Positions 57,307 to 64,000 of a stretch of 64,000 nt of DNA are shown here, piece after piece. Both the position numbers and the translations under genes were made by a program. Below the pieces are notes generated by a model. It was not told the origin of the DNA. It searched no databases and saw nothing but the letters and a program-made list of their open reading frames with translations. Positions within the stretch are counted from its first letter, which is position 1; every line of letters starts with the position of its first letter. Source of the stretch: Candidatus Cloacimonadales bacterium (GTDB lineage: Bacteria > Cloacimonadota > Cloacimonadia > Cloacimonadales > JAFGVF01); contig OY782781.1 of the NCBI GenBank assembly GCA_963678315.1, positions 1,710,071 through 1,774,070 of the forward strand, read 5' to 3'.

Positions 57307-58008
57307 ATGGCTAAAGAGAAAAAGTTGTTTAGAGAAACAGCGATTTATCCTATCTTCTTTATGGTTATTATCACAATAATATTTGTTGGGGTTCTTTCTG
57401 TTTTATATAACAGTCAAAAGCCAAAAATAGAAGAAAATCAAAGAGTTCTATATTATAAGAATATTCTTGATGTTTTTAAAGATAAAATAACTAGCATAAA
57501 AGTATCTGATCTGCAGGATAATGAAATTGAAGATGTAAGAAAAGATTTCTTAGAAAGTGGAGAAATAGAGACAGATCTTGGGAATAAAAGGTATTTTATT
57601 GTAAAAGAAAATAATGAAGTTATCGGCTACTGTTTTGATATAACAGGAAGCGGATTGTGGGGAACAATGAAGGCTGTAGTCGGCTTTGCTCCAGATATGC
57701 AGACATTGATTGACTTCAATGTTTATGAACAAGTTGAAACCCCTGGTCTTGGTGGTAAAATATCTGAACCAGCAGAGAAACTTAATTTGAGAGCTGACTT
57801 TATTGATAGTAAATTCTTCAAGGAAGATGGATCAATAACTGAATATAAACTCATTGCTGATTCTTCTAATAGAGGAAGTGATAATGAGATAAGACAAATA
57901 ACAGGAGCTACAATCACTAGTTCTTCATTCCTTAAAATGCTATCCAAAGAAATGAATATGATAAGGCCAGTTTTTATGGAAAAAGTACTTAATGGAGGGA
58001 GCAAGTAA
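57307..58008 (+). CDS. nqrC: NqrC/RnfG-family FMN-binding subunit
   Basis: N-terminal TM anchor. Covalent-FMN motif region ITGATITS. ETPGLGGKI. Confidence 0.9.
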   Translation: MAKEKKLFRETAIYPIFFMVIITIIFVGVLSVLYNSQKPKIEENQRVLYYKNILDVFKDKITSIKVSDLQDNEIEDVRKDFLESGEIETDLGNKRYFIVKENNEVIGYCFDITGSGLWGTMKAVVGFAPDMQTLIDFNVYEQVETPGLGGKISEPAEKLNLRADFIDSKFFKEDGSITEYKLIADSSNRGSDNEIRQITGATITSSSFLKMLSKEMNMIRPVFMEKVLNGGSK

Positions 58009-58604
58009 TGACTAAAAAACAGATATTTATGAATAGTGCATTTACAGAAAACTCCATTTGGAAGCAAGTTTTAGGTATTTGTTCATCTCTTGCTGTAACT
58101 AATCTATTGATGAATAGTTTAGTTATGGGTTTAGGTGTTATTTTTGCCATTGGATTAGCTAATTTCACTATTTCTCTAATTAGAGAATATACTCCAAAAT
58201 CTGTACGAATGATGGTGCAAATTCTGATAATAGCCGCTTTTGTGATTGTGGTAGATATAGTGCTAAAAGCTTACCTTCCTGCTGTAAGTAAAAGCTTAGG
58301 TCCTTATGTTGGCTTAATTATAACTAACTGTATATTAATGGGTAGGGCAGAAGCATTTGCTTCGAAGAATAAACCATTAGATTCAATGATAGATGGAATA
58401 GGTGCAGGTTTTGGTTACACTATAGTGTTGTTAATGATTGCTTTTGTAAGAGAATTATTTGGCTTTGGAACATTGTTTGGAATCCAAATCCTTGGAGATT
58501 GGTGGGTTAAATGGTCTATAATGGTCATGGCTCCTTCAGCTTTCTTCTTACTAGCAATCCTCATTTGGATAATTAATAATAAACTAAACGCAGAGAAAAA
58601 GTAG
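58008..58604 (+). CDS. nqrD: NqrD/RnfE-family membrane subunit
   Basis: ENSIWKQVLGICSSLAVT..., GPYVGLIITNCILMGRAEAFA. 198 aa. ATGA overlap with nqrC. Confidence 0.92.
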   Translation: MTKKQIFMNSAFTENSIWKQVLGICSSLAVTNLLMNSLVMGLGVIFAIGLANFTISLIREYTPKSVRMMVQILIIAAFVIVVDIVLKAYLPAVSKSLGPYVGLIITNCILMGRAEAFASKNKPLDSMIDGIGAGFGYTIVLLMIAFVRELFGFGTLFGIQILGDWWVKWSIMVMAPSAFFLLAILIWIINNKLNAEKK

Positions 58605-58615
58605 AGGAGTAAATA

Positions 58616-59203
58616 ATGGAAATTAATTCATGGGTTCTTTTTTGGGCTTCAATTTTTACTAGCAATATATTGTTGACCAATTTTCTAGGTATGTGCTCCT
58701 ATCTTTCAGTTTCAAAGGAAGTAGAATCTTCATTTGGATTAGGAACTGCTGTTTTCTTTGTAACAACTGCTACAACTGCAATTAACTGGGCAGTTTATCA
58801 TTTTATAATTGTACCTGCTGATATTGTTTATCTGCAATATATTATTTTCATTATTGTTATAGCTGCTTTTGTACAGCTCACAGAAATAATAATTGAGAGA
58901 TTCTCTCCTGCTCTATATTACTCATTGGGTATTTTCTTACCTTTGATTACTGTAAACTGTGCTATTCTGGGTATTAGTTTATTTATGATAATCAGAGACT
59001 ATAGTTTTATCCAATCTGTAGCTTTTGGTGCTGGTTCAGGCTTAGGTTGGCTATTGGCTATCCTACTTCTTGCTGGTATTAGAACAAGATTAAGAGAGAA
59101 GTTCATCCCTACAGGTCTACAAGGTGCCGGCATGAGTCTTTTGATTACTGGTATAATGGCTTTAGCATTTATCGGTTTTTCCGGTATTGTTAATGTTCAG
59201 TAA
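58616..59203 (+). CDS. nqrE: NqrE/RnfA-family membrane subunit
   Basis: NILLTNFLGMCSYLSVSK..., GIFLPLITVNCAILG. 195 aa. Confidence 0.92.
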   Translation: MEINSWVLFWASIFTSNILLTNFLGMCSYLSVSKEVESSFGLGTAVFFVTTATTAINWAVYHFIIVPADIVYLQYIIFIIVIAAFVQLTEIIIERFSPALYYSLGIFLPLITVNCAILGISLFMIIRDYSFIQSVAFGAGSGLGWLLAILLLAGIRTRLREKFIPTGLQGAGMSLLITGIMALAFIGFSGIVNVQ

Positions 59204-59215
59204 TTAGGAGGATAA

Positions 59216-60322
59216 GTGGATTATAACAAAATTCTTATTGAGATATTGATTTTAGCTGGAATAAGTGGAGTTTTATCCATACTAATTGTTGTTGCTAAAA
59301 AGATATTCGAAAACTATGGTGAATGTGAGATAGATATTAATGGTAAGCGCAAAGTCAAAGTAGAGGGAGGAAGTTCATTACTTACTTCTTTAGCTGAACA
59401 CGAAATATATATTCCTTCTGCTTGTGGTGGTCGTGGTTCTTGTGGAGCATGTAAATGTAAAGTTCATGAAGGTGGTGGACCAGTATTACCTACAGAAAAA
59501 CCATTCTTTAATGCTAAGGAACTAGCAGAGAACTACAGGCTTTCTTGCCAAGTAAAGGTTAAAAATGATATTAAAATTGAAATTCCTGAAGAAATATTTA
59601 ATATTAGAAAGTATAAAGCCACAATAGAAGAAATTGTAGATTATACCTACGATATTAAAGGAATTACTTTCAAATTTGAAGCTGGTGCAAGTATTGACTT
59701 CAAGGCGGGGCAATATATGCAACTTAGAGCTCCAAAATATGGCAAGATAAGAGAATCAGTTGTTAGAGCTTATTCAATATCATCAAAGCCTAGTTTAAAC
59801 GATAGAGTGCAATTAATAATTAGAAGAGTACCAGAAGGTATCTGTACAACTTGGGTTCATGATTATGTAAAAGAAGGGGATCAAGTTGAATTAACAGGAC
59901 CTTATGGAGATTTCTTTATAAGAGACACCGATGCTGACATTATCTTTGTTGCAGGTGGTTCTGGTAAAGCTCCGATTAAATCAATGTTGGAAGACCTTCA
60001 AGAAAAAGGATGTAATAGAAAAATGTCTTATTTCTTTGGAGCAAAGACTACTAAAGATTTATATTTAACTGATTATATGAATAGTTTCAGTGAGGTATTC
60101 CCTGACTTTTCTTACATTCCTGTATTATCTGATCCTGAACCAGACGATAATTGGACTGGTAAAACTGGCTGGATAATGCCACACTTCAAAGATGTGTTAA
60201 GAGACCCAAAAAATACTGAAGCTTACTTATGTGGCTCACCAGGTATGCTGGCTGCTGTTACAAAGAGCTTAGTTGAAATGGGGATTCCAGAAGAAAAAAT
60301 CTATTATGACTCATTTGCTTAG
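59216..60322 (+). CDS. nqrF: NqrF-type subunit (TM anchor, plant-type 2Fe-2S ferredoxin, FNR-like FAD/NADH domain)
   Basis: GTG start after AGGAGG. CGGRGSCGACKC...C cluster ligands, RAYSISS (FAD), FVAGGSGKAPI (NAD) and CGSPGM. Confidence 0.9.
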   Translation: MDYNKILIEILILAGISGVLSILIVVAKKIFENYGECEIDINGKRKVKVEGGSSLLTSLAEHEIYIPSACGGRGSCGACKCKVHEGGGPVLPTEKPFFNAKELAENYRLSCQVKVKNDIKIEIPEEIFNIRKYKATIEEIVDYTYDIKGITFKFEAGASIDFKAGQYMQLRAPKYGKIRESVVRAYSISSKPSLNDRVQLIIRRVPEGICTTWVHDYVKEGDQVELTGPYGDFFIRDTDADIIFVAGGSGKAPIKSMLEDLQEKGCNRKMSYFFGAKTTKDLYLTDYMNSFSEVFPDFSYIPVLSDPEPDDNWTGKTGWIMPHFKDVLRDPKNTEAYLCGSPGMLAAVTKSLVEMGIPEEKIYYDSFA

Positions 60323-60331
60323 GAGGAAAAG

Positions 60332-60787
60332 ATGAAATTAAGTCCTACAGAAAAAGTAATCCAAGAGAAAATGAAAGCAGGAGTACTTACTTATGAAGGC
60401 TTCTTGGGAAATGATAAAAGAAACTATCTTGATATTATAGCTGATGATAAAAAGATAATAAATAGTTTTGATAAGTCTCTACAAGAAATTGCAGAAAAAA
60501 TGAAATATTTAATGGAAAAATCTTTTCAATCCTATGATGGTTCAATAGTAATTGATAAGAAATTTGAAGTAGAATATACTTCTTTTAGAGGTATTCTGAT
60601 AAGTCCATTCCCTGGTGCAGGTAAGTTTGGCAAAGCTATCATTCGTGTAACAAACTTAGAAAATAACAAGAGTGTAATGTGGACTCCTTTACATGTTCAT
60701 TTTATCAAAGATTATGGTTTCTTTGAAGGACAAGGTTCTAAGTTTAGGATTGATCCTCAATTACTTTATCAGGTTCTTTTTGGATAA
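60332..60787 (+). CDS. Hypothetical protein (151 aa), no recognisable motif
   Basis: Strong RBS AGGAGGAAAAG. Its stop overlaps the photolyase start (TAATG). Coding-like composition. Confidence 0.6.
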   Translation: MKLSPTEKVIQEKMKAGVLTYEGFLGNDKRNYLDIIADDKKIINSFDKSLQEIAEKMKYLMEKSFQSYDGSIVIDKKFEVEYTSFRGILISPFPGAGKFGKAIIRVTNLENNKSVMWTPLHVHFIKDYGFFEGQGSKFRIDPQLLYQVLFG

Positions 60788-62118
60788 TGAAGTATATTGA
60801 TAGAATCAAAAGATTAAATAGCAAACTCCCCCGAAATGGGGAGTTTGTTCTATATTGGATGCAGCAATCTCAACGAATAAACTATAATCATGCCTTGAAT
60901 ATAAGCATTAAGATAGCAAATAAGAGACGAATACCCTTAGTCGTATTATTTGTATTGAATAAGAATTTCCCTCATGCTAATCTAAGGCATTTTACCTTTA
61001 TGGTTCAAGGTCTAAAAGAACTTGAAGATAACTTTAGGGATAGAAAAATTACTTTTATCATCGAAGAAGGTGACTTTCAAGAAGTAGTTCCAGCTTATGC
61101 TAAAAAGTCAGTAATGCTATTAACCGACAGAGGCTATCTGAGCTTTCAAAGAGCTATTCGAGAAAATATTGCTAAAAGTGTTGACCTTGCTATGTATCAA
61201 GTAGAATCAGATATTGTTGTACCAGTAGAAATTGCCTCAGATAAAGAAGAATATATGGCTCGAACTATTAGAAAGAAAATTAATAAACTTCGAGAATTCT
61301 TTCTAACTCCATTACGACCAGAAGAATATAAAATGGGATTCTATAAAAAAGTGCCTTACTTAAATTTTGAATCCTTTCTGGATAAGCTAGATACTACTGT
61401 AAAGCCTTCGATAGACTTTGTAGGAGGATATTCTCAAGCAATAAAGAGATTAGACTTCTTTCTTGAAGATTTACTTGAAAACTATGACCAAACAAATAAG
61501 AGTTTGGTAGAAAGTAACTTTTCAAAACTGAGTCCTTATTTACATTTTGGACAGATTTCACCTCTTGAGATAGCTATGAGAGTCCTGAATTCAAATGCGA
61601 GAGATGAAGCCAAAGAAGCTTTTCTCGAACAGTTAATTGTTAGACGTGAACTTGCTATTAATTTCTGTTACTATAATACTTCTTACGAGGATTTGCTTTC
61701 TTTCCTACCAAAGTGGGCAAGTCAGAGCTTACTTAATCATGTTGATGATTCTAGAGAGTTTATTTATTCTATTAAAGATCTGGAAGAGGCTAAAACACAT
61801 GACCATGCGTGGAATGCTTGCCAAAAACAGCTTACTAAAACAGGTTATATGGAAAATTACATGCGAATGTATTGGGGTAAGAAAGTCATTGAATGGACTC
61901 TACATCCTCAAGAAGCCTACGAAATTCTTATATATTTAAATGATAAGTACGAACTTGATGGGAGAGATGCTAATGGCTATACGGGAGTTGCTTGGTGTTT
62001 TGGAAAGCATGATACAGCTTGGAAAGAAAGACCTATTTTCGGGAAAACTCGCTATATGAACTTCAAGGGACTTAAAAGAAAATTTGATATTCAAGCTTAT
62101 ATAAATAAGTGGCTATAG
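60787..62118 (+). CDS. phr: Class II CPD deoxyribodipyrimidine photolyase
   Basis: Class II pattern FVLYWMQQSQRINYNHAL, ARTIRKKINKL, SPYLHFGQIS, RRELAINFCYYN and MENYMRMYWGKK. Confidence 0.88.
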   Translation: MKYIDRIKRLNSKLPRNGEFVLYWMQQSQRINYNHALNISIKIANKRRIPLVVLFVLNKNFPHANLRHFTFMVQGLKELEDNFRDRKITFIIEEGDFQEVVPAYAKKSVMLLTDRGYLSFQRAIRENIAKSVDLAMYQVESDIVVPVEIASDKEEYMARTIRKKINKLREFFLTPLRPEEYKMGFYKKVPYLNFESFLDKLDTTVKPSIDFVGGYSQAIKRLDFFLEDLLENYDQTNKSLVESNFSKLSPYLHFGQISPLEIAMRVLNSNARDEAKEAFLEQLIVRRELAINFCYYNTSYEDLLSFLPKWASQSLLNHVDDSREFIYSIKDLEEAKTHDHAWNACQKQLTKTGYMENYMRMYWGKKVIEWTLHPQEAYEILIYLNDKYELDGRDANGYTGVAWCFGKHDTAWKERPIFGKTRYMNFKGLKRKFDIQAYINKWL

Positions 62119-62164
62119 TATTTTTAGATAAGCTACTAATTAATAAAAAACTACTAAATAATGG

Positions 62165-62193
62165 TTGACATGTCATGACAATTAACAGATAAT
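62165..62193 (+). promoter_or_regulatory. Putative sigma70-type promoter for the 62233 gene
   Basis: TTGACA (62165-62170), 17-nt spacer, GATAAT (62188-62193). Confidence 0.5.
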
Positions 62194-62232
62194 ATACCAA
62201 ATCATAATTGATTATCTTTATGAGGAGAAAAG

Positions 62233-62919
62233 ATGAAGAAAATAATGTTTTGGTTTATACTATTAATTACTTTTGGACAAGTTTGTGCTGACCAATCTAA
62301 GTTAACTTATGAAGAAAATCTTATATATGATAAGCTTGTTGATGAATCAGTCTGTCATTTGTATGAAAGTTTCCTTAAAATCCCAGACTCTAAGTTTGTA
62401 GGAAAAGATGGTAGAGAAATACAAGGGTTTGGAATCGTATTTGAAAGCGATTTGGAAGATAAAGTATCGGATAAGTTTAGACAGAAGTTTACCAAGACAA
62501 AATTCAAGGTTTATAGAAAGGAAGGTGTCGATAAACTACTTGAAGAGCAAGCAATACAATCGCAAGATTTTTATTCAAAAGCAGGTAGATTAAAGATAGG
62601 TCAATTAACTCAATGGAAAGGCTATTTAGTTGGAAAGATTAATTATAGACTTGATAATCACTTGTTCAAGAAGAGTGTATATGTTGATATAACTAGTGAC
62701 TTTTTTAACCTCGAAGATGGCAATCTTATATGGAGCGATAAGTATACTAATTCTTATAAAGTAAAATTACCAATAAAAGTATATTTGATAGGTCTTGCTG
62801 TTGTCCTAATTCTAACAATATTGTTTAACATTCTTACTAGAGGCAAGTCAACTACTTTAATAATGGGATTAGCTCTTGTAGGCGTAACTTCCTATTCAAT
62901 ATGGTTTTTTGTTTTATAG
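62233..62919 (+). CDS. Hypothetical exported/membrane protein (signal peptide plus two C-terminal TM helices)
   Basis: RBS GAGGAG, N-terminal signal peptide and a C-terminal hydrophobic pair (VYLIGLAVVLILTILFNIL.., LIMGLALVGVTSYSIWFFVL). Confidence 0.6.
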   Translation: MKKIMFWFILLITFGQVCADQSKLTYEENLIYDKLVDESVCHLYESFLKIPDSKFVGKDGREIQGFGIVFESDLEDKVSDKFRQKFTKTKFKVYRKEGVDKLLEEQAIQSQDFYSKAGRLKIGQLTQWKGYLVGKINYRLDNHLFKKSVYVDITSDFFNLEDGNLIWSDKYTNSYKVKLPIKVYLIGLAVVLILTILFNILTRGKSTTLIMGLALVGVTSYSIWFFVL

Positions 62920-62927
62920 GAGGACTT

Positions 62928-64000
62928 ATGAAAAGACCTTTAATATTATGCATGTTTGTTCTTCTAAGCATGGTTATGATTTCTTGTTCAAGTAATGTAG
63001 ATACAATAAAACAAGCTGAACAAACTATTCCTGAATGGTATCTAAACCCTCCGCAAGTGAATGATTTATTTGTTTACGCTACTGCTTCTGGTTATTCAGT
63101 TGATATTGCTTCTAAAAATGCAAAGAGTAAGATTTCTGAATATTATAGATCTTACATTGAGTCTGAATACCTTGAAGCAATACATTCTTCTATTAATAAT
63201 GATAAAGAGAATCTAGAGCAGTATGTTTCAAGCAAAATAAGTTTGCTTTCTAATTTAGAGATTCCTGGTATTACTATTTCAAAGGCTAAAGAAGTGAATG
63301 GCTTATTCTATGTGCTTGCTGTAATGGATAGAGATGTCTTCGAACAAAGGCAGAATGATATCCGCAACAAAATGATTGCTCTAGTAAAAGATGGCGATAT
63401 TGCAAAAGATATTGGAAATAAGCTAAGTACATACTACTTAAGTGCTTCTTTGTTACCTAAACTACTTACTCCAACAATATATAATGATCAACTTATGTAT
63501 GCTTATCTGAAGAAGCAAATCAATAAGATTGTATCTGCTATAAATGTTAATTATACTTTTCATAAATACTCTCAAGTTTCTGATTATGAAGCTTTAGTTA
63601 TAACAATCAAGTCTGATGGGAAATGTCTGAAAGGTATTTCATTTCTAATTGATGGTCAATCGAACTATTCTGATGAAGCAGGTAAGTTCTATCTCCAAAA
63701 TGATGAACAAGAACCTTTTGATATAACTGTGAAAATTGATCTTGATAATATTAACTTATCCAGTGAACTACAAGGTAAGGAAATTCAACAAGCAAAGGAA
63801 ATTATTAATTTGATGACTTCCTTTAAGCAAAACATACATATAATTCCTCCTGTTGAATATAAAGCATATATAAGAGTAAATAGCTATATTGATCAGCTTT
63901 CTTCTAATAATAGCCAGCTTGAAAATATGATAAAGCAATATTTTCTAACTAAGAATACAAAGATTACTGATGATAAAGACAATGCTAATCTAGTTATTGA
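62928..64000 (+). CDS. Lipoprotein of unknown function, 3' end outside the window (LPP20-like N-terminal region, tentative)
   Basis: Not in the ORF track because it has no stop in the window. ATG 62928 follows AGGAGG. MKRPLILCMFVLLSMVMISC-SSN has a lipobox. I translated the frame by eye to 64000 and saw no stop. Confidence 0.65.
   Translation, partial: MKRPLILCMFVLLSMVMISCSSNVDTIKQAEQTIPEWYLNPPQVNDLFVYATASGYSVDIASKNAKSKISEYYRSYIESEYLEAIHSSINNDKENLEQYVSSKISLLSNLEIPGITISKAKEVNGLFYVLAVMDRDVFEQRQNDIRNKMIALVKDGDIAKDIGNKLSTYYLSASLLPKLLTPTIYNDQLMYAYLKKQINKIVSAINVNYTFHKYSQVSDYEALVITIKSDGKCLKGISFLIDGQSNYSDEAGKFYLQNDEQEPFDITVKIDLDNINLSSELQGKEIQQAKEIINLMTSFKQNIHIIPPVEYKAYIRVNSYIDQLSSNNSQLENMIKQYFLTKNTKITDDKDNANLVI

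Noticed and set aside
1-64000. Alternative genetic code (TGA recoding) or tRNA/rRNA genes
   Set aside because: All conserved genes read through cleanly with TAA, TAG and TGA used as stops. No tRNA-like T-arm/acceptor pattern or rRNA segment was noticed.

Overview
AT-rich bacterial chromosome segment (about one-third G+C by eye) that reads cleanly in the standard genetic code. Genes have strong GGAGG-type ribosome-binding sites and TTGACA-type -35 boxes. Three giant secreted proteins end in T9SS (Por_Secre_tail-like) domains (YPNPxxxx...YN(I/L)KGQ(K/R)V...SGIY). This suggests an uncultured FCB-group-like lineage such as Cloacimonadota or a relative; that placement is inference only.

The window alternates between two kinds of content. 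(1) Ordinary housekeeping blocks: infC-rpmI-rplT-pheST, a ZapB-like coiled-coil gene plus zapA and a candidate 6S RNA, rny-ymdB-folD, a PBP1A/GT2 envelope block, rlmN-deoC-thyX, ridA-PduO-gpmA, nqrBCDEF and a class II photolyase. (2) Accessory blocks encoding giant surface proteins of 552-1894 aa with beta-helix, GLUG, vWA, FG-GAP, PKD or FN3 domains.

The boundaries between these blocks carry the most unusual content: about 4 kb of a mosaic, hairpin-dense repeat family in six clusters (R1-R6). It is built from about 15 short stem-loop 'words' in conserved order, and includes a 3x tandem array of a 264-bp unit. All mobile DNA in the window sits in or against these clusters: an IS1182-family IS, an IS4-family IS and a 161-bp MITE-like element.

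Other points worth a second look: an nqr operon with no nqrA, a single-chain tandem-cyclase/STAND/TPR protein inside a 15-kb island bracketed by inverted repeat clusters, an infC leader attenuator with a non-AUG infC start, and a heptamer (CCTMACT)n array. No tRNA, rRNA, CRISPR array, reverse transcriptase or recognisable defence operon was seen.
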